Positions 7,020 through 15,858 of a stretch of DNA of 29,569 bases are shown piece by piece (the first letter of the stretch is position 1; every line of letters starts with the position of its first letter). The stretch comes from an uncultured Candidatus Rokubacteria bacterium. GTDB lineage: Bacteria > Methylomirabilota > Methylomirabilia > Rokubacteriales > CSP1-6. The stretch spans positions 1-29,569 of the forward strand of contig CAWBMV010000018.1 in the NCBI GenBank assembly GCA_963789955.1. Direction: 5' to 3'. The notes under the pieces are model-generated. The model saw only the letters and a list, made by a program, of their open reading frames with translations, did no database searches and was not told the origin of the DNA. A program made the position numbers and the translations under genes.

Positions 7020-9743
7020 GTGATCGGCGAGCAGGTCGGACGTTGGATCGCTCTGCTGGCGACCGTCTGCACCCGGCGACCGCGTCTCACGGTTGTCCTG
7101 GCGGCGCTTCTCGGGCTCGGTGGGCTGGTGTACGCGTGGCACAGCCTCGCATTCGTGACATCAGCGTATCGCCTTCTTCCGCAGGATGCTCCCTACGTCG
7201 TTCTGCTCCAGAAGCACCTGCGCGATTTTGGCGATCTCAACGACATCGTCGTGGTCGTCGCCTGCAGCGAGCCGGAGACGGCGAAGGCCTATGCCGTTCG
7301 GCTCGCCGACGAGCTGGCTCCGGCAGGTCTGGGACGCATCTCCTATCGCCTCGAGGCCGGTTCCTTACAGCAGAACGCGCTGCTCTATCTCTCCACGGCC
7401 GATCTGCGCACGCTGCGTGACCGGCTCTTCGACTACGAGGATGTCCTCAGGACCTACGCGGCGCACCCCACCCTCGTGCGCCTGCTCGAAAGTCTCAACG
7501 AGCAAATCGCGAACGCGATGGCGCTCGGCTTCCTCGATCTCGGGCTCGAGCGCGCCCCCGCGGCGGATTTGCAGTTCCTCGACGCGCTCCTCGATCAAGC
7601 GGTGGCGCGACTGGATGGAAGGGCCGGGAGCGTTTCGCCCTGGTCTGCCGCGCTGTCGGGGGACGGGATCGGCGGTCAGGACGCGGGCTGGTTCTTCTCG
7701 GCCGACCGCCGCCTCCTCTTCGTCCTCGTCGCGACGACGTCCGTGGAAGGCGATTTCACGGACAACCGCGAGCGAATCGAGCTCATCCGGGCCACCATCG
7801 CGCGTCTGCGTCACCAGTTCCCCGGTGTGGACGCCGGTGTCACCGGCAGTCCGGCGATCTCCAACGACGAGATGGTCACCGCCTTCGCCGACAGCGCGCG
7901 GGCCGGGATCCTGTCCACCGTGCTGACCCTCGCGCTCATTCTCATCGCGTTCCAGCGCGTCGTGAAGCCGGTGCTCATGCTCCTGACGCTGACCGTCGGG
8001 CTCGCCTGGTCCATGGGTGTGATCACCCTCGTGGTCGGCCAGTTGAACGTGTTCTCCGTGATGTTCGTCTCGATCGTGGTGGGCCTCGGCATCGACTACG
8101 GTATCTACCTCCTCTACGGCTACGAAGAAGAATTGGGCCGCGAGGCGTCGCTCGATCGCGCGCTCTTCCGCGCCGCGACACGGACCGGCCCGGGCATTCT
8201 CCTCGGAGCCCTCACCGCCGCGGGAACGTTCTTCGTCCTCCGCTTCACCGACTTCAACGGCATTGCCGAGTTCGGGGTCGTCTCGGGTATCGCCGTACTG
8301 ACGTCGTTCTTGTCGATGATCACGCTCTTTCCGGCGTTGCTGGTCCTGGTCGATCGGCGACGCCCGAACCGTCCCTCGAGGGCTCTGCGGACGCCTCTCG
8401 AAGCCGAGGCATCGTGGCTCGTCCGGATGACGGCGCGCCCCGTTCCGATCCTCGTTGCCGCGGCGGCGCTCACGGCGCTCGGCGGATGGGCGGCGCTCGG
8501 CGTCGGCTTCGACGATAACCTGCTGCACCTTCAGGCTCGCGGCACGGAGTCGGTCGTCTGGGAGGAGCGCACGCTCGCGATCGTCGGGCGCTCGGGCGTT
8601 TCGGCCGTCACCACCGCCGCGACGCCGGCGGAGCTTCAGCGCAAGCACGAAGCGCTCGCGCGACTGCCCTCGGTCGCCAAGGTCGAGAGCCTCCTGACGC
8701 TGGTCCCCGATGACCAGTCCGCGAAGCTTGCGATGATCGCGCAGTTCGCGCCGCTGGTGGCGTCGGTGCGCCTCGGAGCGCCCGCTCCGCTGAGCCCCAC
8801 GAGCCTCCGGGAGCCCCTGAGCGTGCTGCGGCGGCGGCTCGGAATCGTCCTCGAGGGCCTCGGGGAGAGCCCCGGTCGTCGGCAGTTGGAGCAGACGCGC
8901 GAGAAGGTCCACACGCTCCTCCAGCGTCTCACCGGCCCCGACCTGGCGGCGACCGGCGCGGCGCTGAATCAGCTCCAGAGCGATTTGTTCCGGGATTTCG
9001 CCGACAAGCTGCGCCGCTTCCAGCAGAGCCTTGCCCCTCGAGCGGTCACAGTCACGGACATTCCGCGACCGCTGCGCGAGCGCTTTGTCGGCGCGAGCGG
9101 GCAGTATCTCATTCGCATCTTCCCCGCAGTCGACATCTGGGAGCGCGAGGGGGCCACGCGCTTCGTCGCCGATCTCCGCTCAGTCGATCCGGACGTGACG
9201 GGCGCTCCGGTCACGAGTTACGAGGCGATCCGCTTCATCCGTCGTGGCTACCTGCAGGGTGCGCTCTATGCATTCGTCCTGGTGACGGTGATCACTGGAG
9301 CGCTCCTGCGCAGCGTCCGCGGCACGGCGGTCGCGCTGGCCCCACTCGCCCTCGGCGTGCTGTGGACGCTCGGGCTCATGCGACTCGTCGGGCTCGAGTT
9401 CAACCTGGCCAATGTCTGGGCGGTCCCCCTCATCATCGGCGCGGCCGTCGAGTACGGCGTGAACATCTACATCCGTTCGATGGACGAAAGAGAGCAGGAC
9501 GGACCGATGCTCGCGCAGAGCATGGTGCTGGCCGTGGTCCTCAACGGGTTGACGACGATCGCGGGGTTCGGCAGCTTGATGGTGGCGCGTCACCGGGGCA
9601 TGTGGAGCCTCGGGCTCTTGCTGAGCATCGGCACCGCCGTCAGCCTGTTGGCGTCGCTCGGGGTGCTGCCGGCGCTAATGAGGCTCTTCACCGGTCGCCG
9701 GCGGCCCGCGGTCGCGAGAATCGTCCTCAGCCCGGAGGAATGA
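7020..9743 (+). CDS. hpnN: Hopanoid transporter HpnN (MMPL/RND family)
   Basis: 907 aa with two MMPL modules (GVTGSPAI...GLGIDYGIY and DVTGAPV...GAAVEYGV, TTIAGFGSL); divergent from hpnIJ. Confidence 0.88.
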   Translation: MIGEQVGRWIALLATVCTRRPRLTVVLAALLGLGGLVYAWHSLAFVTSAYRLLPQDAPYVVLLQKHLRDFGDLNDIVVVVACSEPETAKAYAVRLADELAPAGLGRISYRLEAGSLQQNALLYLSTADLRTLRDRLFDYEDVLRTYAAHPTLVRLLESLNEQIANAMALGFLDLGLERAPAADLQFLDALLDQAVARLDGRAGSVSPWSAALSGDGIGGQDAGWFFSADRRLLFVLVATTSVEGDFTDNRERIELIRATIARLRHQFPGVDAGVTGSPAISNDEMVTAFADSARAGILSTVLTLALILIAFQRVVKPVLMLLTLTVGLAWSMGVITLVVGQLNVFSVMFVSIVVGLGIDYGIYLLYGYEEELGREASLDRALFRAATRTGPGILLGALTAAGTFFVLRFTDFNGIAEFGVVSGIAVLTSFLSMITLFPALLVLVDRRRPNRPSRALRTPLEAEASWLVRMTARPVPILVAAAALTALGGWAALGVGFDDNLLHLQARGTESVVWEERTLAIVGRSGVSAVTTAATPAELQRKHEALARLPSVAKVESLLTLVPDDQSAKLAMIAQFAPLVASVRLGAPAPLSPTSLREPLSVLRRRLGIVLEGLGESPGRRQLEQTREKVHTLLQRLTGPDLAATGAALNQLQSDLFRDFADKLRRFQQSLAPRAVTVTDIPRPLRERFVGASGQYLIRIFPAVDIWEREGATRFVADLRSVDPDVTGAPVTSYEAIRFIRRGYLQGALYAFVLVTVITGALLRSVRGTAVALAPLALGVLWTLGLMRLVGLEFNLANVWAVPLIIGAAVEYGVNIYIRSMDEREQDGPMLAQSMVLAVVLNGLTTIAGFGSLMVARHRGMWSLGLLLSIGTAVSLLASLGVLPALMRLFTGRRRPAVARIVLSPEE

Positions 9744-11352
9744 TCACGTTGGCCTCGCGATAGAAGACGAGGATCAGCGCGATCGCCAGCATCGCGAGGC
9801 TGGCGAGAGCGCCGGCCAGCCGGCCGGGTCCTCGGGGCAACCGGAGCTCCAGCCAGCGCCCGGCCGCGACCAGCCCGGCGAGAGCGCCCATGCTCGAGTG
9901 CGTCACCTGCACGAGATAGCCCGTCTTGAGCTGAAAAGTCCGATGCGAGTGCGTCAGCAGCAGCGCGGCGCCAACCATGCACAGCACGGGGAAGACGTAC
10001 GTCAGCGGCGTGCCCGGACGAGAGCCGCGCGCCCGCCACTCCAGCAGTCCCATCGCGAGCACGAGCAAGGCAGCAAGACGATGCTGGAGGCCCTCGGCAT
10101 CGACCGCCCCGATCGGCGTGGAGCCGAACGGCCAGGTGCCCTCGTTGGCGGAAGCTCGAAGATAGATGACGGCGGCGAGGGCGAGCAGCCCCAGCGGCCA
10201 ATGTCGACTGAAGCGCAGGCCGAGAGTCGGACCGGCCAGCGACGTGACGCTCATGACGAGCAGTATCAGCCCCGCCGCGTTGTGGCTGTAGTTCGACCAT
10301 AGATATGCCTCGCGCGTCCGCGGTGCACCTGACGCCATCGCCTCGTCGCTCCGCCGCATCGCCTCCATCGACGGCGTCTCGAGCCTGGGCATCTTGGGAC
10401 GGAAGACCTCCGCGACCTCGGCCACTGTCGCCTGCTCGTCTGGACGCTGGTCCGCCGGGGGCGGTAGGGCCGAGAGACCGGTCGCCGCGAAGACGAGCAA
10501 TACGAGGACAATCGTCTCAGCCTCGACGAGCTTCGGGAGTCGCGCTCGCAGATGGATCGAGTCGCCGGACGACGCCTCGCGCGCGGTCGAGAGGTTCAGG
10601 GCGGCGAGCACGATCGTCGCGAGCAGCAGGAGCGTCTTCAGCACGATCAGTGATCCATAACCAGTGCCGATCAATCCGTTCAAGGTCCCGGTGTATATCC
10701 ACGCCAGGGGCAGCGCCGCGCCGATCAGGAGCGCGACGGCGGCGATGGCGAGCCGCGAGAATCGACGCACCGCGAACGGCCACAGCGCATGGACCTCCGG
10801 GGCTGTCCCGAAGAGCCGCCGCAAGGCCCCCAGCTGAATGAGGCCCCCGAGCCAGGTGGCCGCGGCCCCTTGATGCAGAATGGTCAAGATCATGAGCGGA
10901 GCGCGGTTCTCGAGCCGGCCGACGCCGTGGGCGAGCCAAGCTCCCGACAGAGCGACGAGTCCGGCCAGGGTCAGGGCGAGGGGGCCCAGGCGCGCGGGTA
11001 CATCGCGCCGAGCTCGAATCGTCGCGGCCGCCAGCGCAAGCGACAGAAGCGCGCGCAGCGCGCCGGCCCGGAACGTCGTCGCGCCGGCGACGTCGGCCAG
11101 CGAGACCTCGCCCAGTGAGGCCCGCAGCACGAACACCTGGAGGCCGAGCCCCGCGATCTGGGACGCGGCGACCAGTCCGGCGCCGGCGGCGATCAGGCCG
11201 AGGCATCGGCGGCGCGCGACCGGTGGCACCGGCGGGCTCGGCCAGCTGTACACCCCGCGGTCCCAGATCGCGCCGCCCAGCGCGATCGCGAGCCCGACGA
11301 GTGCCACGCTGTGGAAGAGGCTGTCGAGGAATTCAGCGAGTGTCAGCAGCAT
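9727..11352 (-). CDS. CopD-family copper resistance membrane protein with an extra His-containing C-terminal TM domain
   Basis: CopD motifs AWLAHG, LHQGAAATWLGGL, RRFSRLA, GTGYGSLIVLKTLL and VEAE. C-terminal WSNYSHN, QHRL, THSH and HSSMG. 3' end overlaps hpnN by 17 nt. Confidence 0.75.
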   Translation of the reverse strand: MLLTLAEFLDSLFHSVALVGLAIALGGAIWDRGVYSWPSPPVPPVARRRCLGLIAAGAGLVAASQIAGLGLQVFVLRASLGEVSLADVAGATTFRAGALRALLSLALAAATIRARRDVPARLGPLALTLAGLVALSGAWLAHGVGRLENRAPLMILTILHQGAAATWLGGLIQLGALRRLFGTAPEVHALWPFAVRRFSRLAIAAVALLIGAALPLAWIYTGTLNGLIGTGYGSLIVLKTLLLLATIVLAALNLSTAREASSGDSIHLRARLPKLVEAETIVLVLLVFAATGLSALPPPADQRPDEQATVAEVAEVFRPKMPRLETPSMEAMRRSDEAMASGAPRTREAYLWSNYSHNAAGLILLVMSVTSLAGPTLGLRFSRHWPLGLLALAAVIYLRASANEGTWPFGSTPIGAVDAEGLQHRLAALLVLAMGLLEWRARGSRPGTPLTYVFPVLCMVGAALLLTHSHRTFQLKTGYLVQVTHSSMGALAGLVAAGRWLELRLPRGPGRLAGALASLAMLAIALILVFYREANVIIPPG

Positions 11353-11410
11353 GACCCGTAGAGAATGGCACGTTCCGCCGACTCACGGACGCGGCCTCAA
11401 TTTTATATCT

Positions 11411-11428
11411 CTGAGACCAAGGTCTCAG
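11411..11428. promoter_or_regulatory. Perfect inverted repeat CTGAGACC-AA-GGTCTCAG in a divergent intergenic region
   Basis: 8-bp arms read directly; follows an AT-rich patch (CAATTTTATAT). Confidence 0.45.
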
Positions 11429-11476
11429 TCGACTCGCACGATCGTCGTTGAGACTCTTGCCCATCAGCCACGTTGC

Positions 11477-11968
11477 ATGAGACCTCGACGACTCGCGCCC
11501 GGCTCGCTGGCGGTTCTGGTCACGCTCCTCGCCGCGTGCACGACGCTGCCAGTCCCGCCGGCATCGATCCGGATGATCCGGCAGGCCCAACACCTCGTTC
11601 CACCGGACGGAAAAGCCAACATCTACGTCGTTCGACGCACCGCCCATCCCGCGGATCAGGCCCTCTGGACCGTCGATCTCGACTTTCGCGGCTTCGGAAC
11701 ACTGGGGGGTGAGTCGTACCTTTACGGATGGCTGGCTCCCGGTGAACATTTGCTGGCGCTCCTGCAGGACGGTTGGGTTCACGAGCGGGTGACATTCCGA
11801 GCCGCGGCGGGCTCCAGCTACTTCTTCGTGGTATCGGCGGGTTTGCTGAGACTGGGCATCGAGCGGGTCGATGAGAGAACCGGACGTGAGCTGATCAGCC
11901 GGTTCGCGCTGAGCGGCGATAACCGCTTCGAGAACGAGCCGATGCCGCCGCCGCGAGCCGAGCGATGA
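11477..11968 (+). CDS. DUF2846-like lipoprotein (paralog 1)
   Basis: ATG 11477 gives MRPRRLAPGSLAVLVTLLAAC (lipobox); PPDGKANIYVVR and SYLYGWLAPGEH. Confidence 0.7.
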   Translation: MRPRRLAPGSLAVLVTLLAACTTLPVPPASIRMIRQAQHLVPPDGKANIYVVRRTAHPADQALWTVDLDFRGFGTLGGESYLYGWLAPGEHLLALLQDGWVHERVTFRAAAGSSYFFVVSAGLLRLGIERVDERTGRELISRFALSGDNRFENEPMPPPRAER

Positions 11969-12438
11969 GAGCGCGCCACCGCACCGCCATCGCAATCCTC
12001 GGTGTGCTCGTACTGGCCGGCGGGTGTGCGTCCGTGCCGCGCGGATCGGAGAGGCTGGAGCGTCAGGCGCGGAGCTTCGCGCCGCCGCCGGGCAAGGCGA
12101 ACGTGTACGCGGTGCGTATGTGGAGCGCGCTCGAAGCCGGCATTGTCTGGCCCGTCACGCTCGATTTCCAGGAGTTCGGCAACGTGGGCCAGCGATCATA
12201 TCTTTACGGGGCGATCCCGGCGGGCGAGCACGTGCTCGGCGTCAACCTGCCCGGCCCGGTCCCGACGCGGGTGCGGTTTACCGCCGAGGCCGGACGCAAC
12301 CACTTTTTCAAGCTCGTGCCGGCCCCAGGTTGGCCGACCGGCGTGATGCGCATCGAGCCTCTCGACGAGGCCTCGGGCCGAGCGCTGATCGAGGACTACC
12401 CGGCCAGTGCCGACAATCGATTCGAGTACGAGGAGTAG
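11965..12438 (+). CDS. DUF2846-like lipoprotein (paralog 2)
   Basis: Lipobox LAGGC; PPPGKANVYAVR and SYLYGAIPAGEH; ATGA overlap with paralog 1. Confidence 0.75.
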   Translation: MRARHRTAIAILGVLVLAGGCASVPRGSERLERQARSFAPPPGKANVYAVRMWSALEAGIVWPVTLDFQEFGNVGQRSYLYGAIPAGEHVLGVNLPGPVPTRVRFTAEAGRNHFFKLVPAPGWPTGVMRIEPLDEASGRALIEDYPASADNRFEYEE

Positions 12439-13605
12439 GTGCACAGATTACTCTGGGGCTGGATCGCCGCCTTCCTTCTTGCCGTCAGTGCCGGTCAGCT
12501 CGCGGCTGAGGAAACGCCAACCGCCGGGCTCTCCACGGATCGTGTCTGCGACAATCTCCACCTCATCGGCGCCAGCGCGCGGGCGCCGGGATTCGGAGAT
12601 GCCGGCCTGGCCGGGATCGCCGCGCCCGAGACCGCGATACCCGGCGCCGCCTGCGACGAGTTTCACCTCATTCCGGCGCGTGATCGCGCGGCATGGCCCG
12701 AAGCGTCCGCGCTGGCTTCGGCCGCTTCGCTGGGGCCACCCGGCCCCGAGACGCCAGACGCTGAGCCGGAGCTGGGCCGAAAACAGCCCAGCAAGCTCCT
12801 GACGTTCGGGATCTTGGCTGGTGTGGCGGCGGGCTCGGCCGTGAGCGCAGTCGTTCTCGAGAACCCCAACCGGAGCTTCCACATCACCCAAGAGGGCTGG
12901 TTCAGTAAAAGCACATACGCAGGAGGCGCCGACAAAGCCTCGCACTACGTTGATTTCTACATCCTCTCCAAGGAGATGTCGTTCCTCTACAACACGCTGG
13001 GCTACTCACGGACGGAGTCGATCGGCATCGGGCTGGGCTTCTCGTTGCTCATCGGGCTCATCAACGAGTCCGGTGATGGCTTCACTAAATACGGCTTCTC
13101 CTACGAAGACCTCACGATGGACGTGGCCGGTGGGCTCACCGCGGCGATCGTGTCCGTACTGGGCGCAAACGACCTGATCGGATTCCGCGAAGGCTTTCTG
13201 CTCCCGTCGTACAACGTCCCTGCTTGCTGTCCGTCCAATAGCGTCGGGCAGGCATATCAGAATCAACTCTACACCGCGGACCTCAAGCTGGCCGGCCTCG
13301 CTCGCCGGCTCAACCTCAACATCGGGCCGCTGCGGTATCTGCTCCTCTCAGCGACCTACGCGACCAAGGGCTATGCCACGGAGAGTCAGGCCTTGGAGGA
13401 GAGACAGATTGGATTCGAGATCGGCTTGAACCTGGAAGAGGCGCTGCTGGACATCGGCGCGCGTCGCAACACGTGGTGGGGCTATTTGCTCCATGTCGTC
13501 CTCGACAATGTCCGGATACCGTTCACCTCCGTCGGACTCCAATACGACCTGAATGGCAAGCGATGGCGCGGCCCCGGCAACGGCAACAGCTACTCCACCC
13601 GATGA
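12439..13605 (+). CDS. DUF2279/YfiM-like exported protein
   Basis: Signal peptide (SAGQLAA). Motifs GGADKASHY and NESGDGFTKYGFSYEDL-DVAG are typical of the DUF2279 family. GTG start directly follows the previous TAG. Confidence 0.65.
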   Translation: MHRLLWGWIAAFLLAVSAGQLAAEETPTAGLSTDRVCDNLHLIGASARAPGFGDAGLAGIAAPETAIPGAACDEFHLIPARDRAAWPEASALASAASLGPPGPETPDAEPELGRKQPSKLLTFGILAGVAAGSAVSAVVLENPNRSFHITQEGWFSKSTYAGGADKASHYVDFYILSKEMSFLYNTLGYSRTESIGIGLGFSLLIGLINESGDGFTKYGFSYEDLTMDVAGGLTAAIVSVLGANDLIGFREGFLLPSYNVPACCPSNSVGQAYQNQLYTADLKLAGLARRLNLNIGPLRYLLLSATYATKGYATESQALEERQIGFEIGLNLEEALLDIGARRNTWWGYLLHVVLDNVRIPFTSVGLQYDLNGKRWRGPGNGNSYSTR

Positions 13606-13607
13606 GA

Positions 13608-13657
13608 ATCTCCTCGTTGGCCTCGCCGAGCTCGAGCGCCGCGCTGCGCAGCGGCAG
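13608..13657 (-). repeat. Displaced copy of the 3' coding end of the CoA-transferase gene (direct repeat of 14738-14787)
   Basis: 46/50 identical by hand alignment, including 27 consecutive nt (ATCTCCTCGTTGGCCTCGCCGAGCTCG). Encodes LPLRSAALELGEANEEI versus LPLRSPAPELGEANEEI. Confidence 0.9.
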
Positions 13658-13698
13658 ACCGCAATGCATGGGGCCACCGGCGGCACGGGTCCGGTGCG

Positions 13699-14584
13699 TT
13701 AGTCGATCACGTGCTCCGCACGCAACAAGAGCGACGGCGGAATCGAGAGGCCCAGCGCCCTGGCGGCCTTGCGGCTGATGGCCAGCTCGAACTTCGTGGG
13801 CTGCTCGACCGGAAGGTCGCCCGGTTTCGCACCCTTGAGGATCCGATCGACGTACGTGGCCGCTCGCTGATAGAGGTGAGGGTCGCTCGCTCCGTAGCTG
13901 AGTAGTCCTCCGTCGAGTGCCACGACCATGGCCTCGGTATGCTCCTTCGCGGCGGTGTCGAACGCGCGGGCCGAACTCCTCGGGGCGTCGGACGTCGAGA
14001 AGCTGAGGCTGCATACCGAGAGACCGCGCCGCTCGCTCCGCCACGCTCCACTGAATCGGGAGAACCGGATTGCCCAGGTTGAAGAGCCCCGCGATTCGGG
14101 TGAGCTTCGGAAGAAGCTCCTTGAGCAGCTCGACGCGTTTGGCATAGATCTCGACGTTGTAGTTGCTGAGCCCCGTGACGTTTCCGCCTGGGCGCCCGAG
14201 GCTGGCGACGAGGCCGGCCCCGACCGGATCACCGCTGGAGGCCATGACCACCGGAATGGTCTGTGTCACGTTCCGCGCCGCCAGCGCGGCCGGCGTTCCC
14301 CGCGTCAAGATCAGATCCACCTTCAGACTGACCAGCTCGCTCGCGAGAGCGGGGAACCGTTCGTTGCGGCCGTCCGACGATCGGTACGCGATGTCGACGT
14401 TCTGACCGTCGCGGTACCCGAGCTCACGCAGTCCTTGTCGGAACGCATCGAGGTTGGCCGCGTTGAGCGTGGCGCTTCTCGTCTCGAGCACGCCGATCCG
14501 ATAGACCTTGCCGGCCGGTTGTGACTCGGCAGGGAGCGGAGCAAGCAACAGGCTGAGCGCAAAAACGAGCGCGATCAATCGCAT
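13699..14584 (-). pseudogene. ABC transporter substrate-binding protein (ABC_sub_bind, PF04392-like) with a frameshift and an internal deletion
   Basis: N-part MRLIALVFALSLLLAPLPAESQPAGKVYRIGVL...DPVGAGLVASLGRPGGNVTG; +1 shift near 13970; C-part GGLLSYG...GAKPGDLPVEQPTKFEL...RAEHVID. The usual segment between VVALD and GGLLSYG is missing. Confidence 0.85.
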
Positions 14585-14621
14585 GGTGCGGGGGAGTCCG
14601 GCCGACGGCATGCGACGCACC

Positions 14622-14651
14622 AGCGCCCCGGCCACAGGGCACCGGGGCGCT
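14622..14651 (-). terminator. GC-rich hairpin downstream of the CoA-transferase gene
   Basis: AGCGCCCCGG / CCGGGGCGCT form a perfect 10-bp stem with a 10-nt loop, 22 nt after the stop; no U-tract. Confidence 0.45.
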
Positions 14652-14673
14652 CGGGAACGATCATCGGGACCGA

Positions 14674-15858
14674 TCAGATGACGGCGCGCTTCGCCAGATC
14701 GGCGATTTGTTCTTTCGTGTAGCCGAGCCCCGTCAGGATCTCCTCGTTGGCCTCGCCGAGCTCGGGCGCCGGGCTTCGTAGCGGCAGGCGCTTCTCGCCG
14801 TGCGAGACCGGGTGACCGAGGATCGTGAGGTCGCCGAGCACCGGCGAGTGGACGGGCTGGGCCATCGCCAGATGCTGTACCTGCGGGTCGGCGAACGACT
14901 CGTCGATCTTGTAGATCGGCCCGCAGGGCACGCCGGCGTCGTTCATGAGCTTGATCCACTCGGCGCTGGTCTTCTGCCGCGTCACCGGCATGATGACTTC
15001 CATGATGGTGTCGCGGTTCGTCGAACGCGCCTTCGAGGTCGAAAAGCGCGGGTCCGTCAGCAGGTCCGGCCGCTCGATCGCGCGACAGAACCGCCCGTAG
15101 ATGTCGTCGCCGGCGGCGGCGATGTTGATGTGTCCGTCCTTCGTTTCGAAGACACCGGTGGGAATGCCGGTCGGATGATTGTTGCCGGCCTGCGGCGGCA
15201 CCTCGTGGCTCATCAGCCATCGCGAGGCCTGGAAGTCGAGCATCGAGAGCATCGCCTCCAGCAGCGAGGTGTGGACCCACTTGCCCTCGCCGGTGGTCTG
15301 CCGCTCGATCAACGCCACCAGGATGCCCTGAGCGAGGAAGATGCCGGAGCAGAGGTCGGCGATCGGGATGCCGACGCGCACGGGCCCCTGTCCCGGAATG
15401 CCCGTGATCGACATCAGGCCGCCCATGCCCTGGGCGATCTGGTCGACACCCGGGCGGTCGCGGTACGGCCCGCTCTGGCCGAAGCCGGAGATGCTGCCGT
15501 AGATCAGGCGGGGGTTGATCGCCCGCAAGGTCTTGTAGTCGATGCCCAGACGCTCTTTCACGCCCGGGCGATAGTTCTCCACGACGATGTCGGCATCGCG
15601 CGCGAGCTTCTTGAAGATCGCCACCCCCTCAGGATCTCTGAGGTTGAGCGTCATGCTCCGCTTGTTGCGGTGGAGATTCTGGAAATCGAAGCCGTGCCGA
15701 TTGCCGCCCATGCCATCGCCCGTGCGTCCGCCGGGCATCTCGATCTTGATGGCCTGGGCGCCCCAGTCGACCAGCTGTCGCACGCACGTAGGGCCGGCCC
15801 GGGCTCGGGTCAAGTCGAGGACCTTGAACTGCGCCAAGGGGAACGAGTTGGTCGTCAT
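14674..15858 (-). CDS. Class III CoA-transferase (CaiB/BaiF family)
   Basis: VLDLTRARAGP, HRNKRSMTLNL, ADIVVENYRPG, SISGFGQSGPY and catalytic Asp region IPIADL. Confidence 0.95.
   Translation of the reverse strand: MTTNSFPLAQFKVLDLTRARAGPTCVRQLVDWGAQAIKIEMPGGRTGDGMGGNRHGFDFQNLHRNKRSMTLNLRDPEGVAIFKKLARDADIVVENYRPGVKERLGIDYKTLRAINPRLIYGSISGFGQSGPYRDRPGVDQIAQGMGGLMSITGIPGQGPVRVGIPIADLCSGIFLAQGILVALIERQTTGEGKWVHTSLLEAMLSMLDFQASRWLMSHEVPPQAGNNHPTGIPTGVFETKDGHINIAAAGDDIYGRFCRAIERPDLLTDPRFSTSKARSTNRDTIMEVIMPVTRQKTSAEWIKLMNDAGVPCGPIYKIDESFADPQVQHLAMAQPVHSPVLGDLTILGHPVSHGEKRLPLRSPAPELGEANEEILTGLGYTKEQIADLAKRAVI
14738..14787 (-). repeat. In-gene copy of the 50-bp direct repeat
   Basis: Partner of 13608-13657, 1130 nt away. 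Confidence 0.9.

Noticed and set aside
9727..9743. Convergent 17-nt overlap of hpnN and the copD-like gene as antisense regulation
   Set aside because: Short tail-to-tail overlaps are common and nothing else supports a regulatory role.
13608..14787. IS element or prophage between the direct repeats
   Set aside because: No transposase, integrase, terminal inverted repeats or phage genes; only the scar is supported.
13523..15280. 585-aa ORF joining the ABC-SBP N-half to a CoA-transferase-like tail
   Set aside because: The continuity results from the +1 shift near 13970; the flanking translation is out-of-frame sequence.
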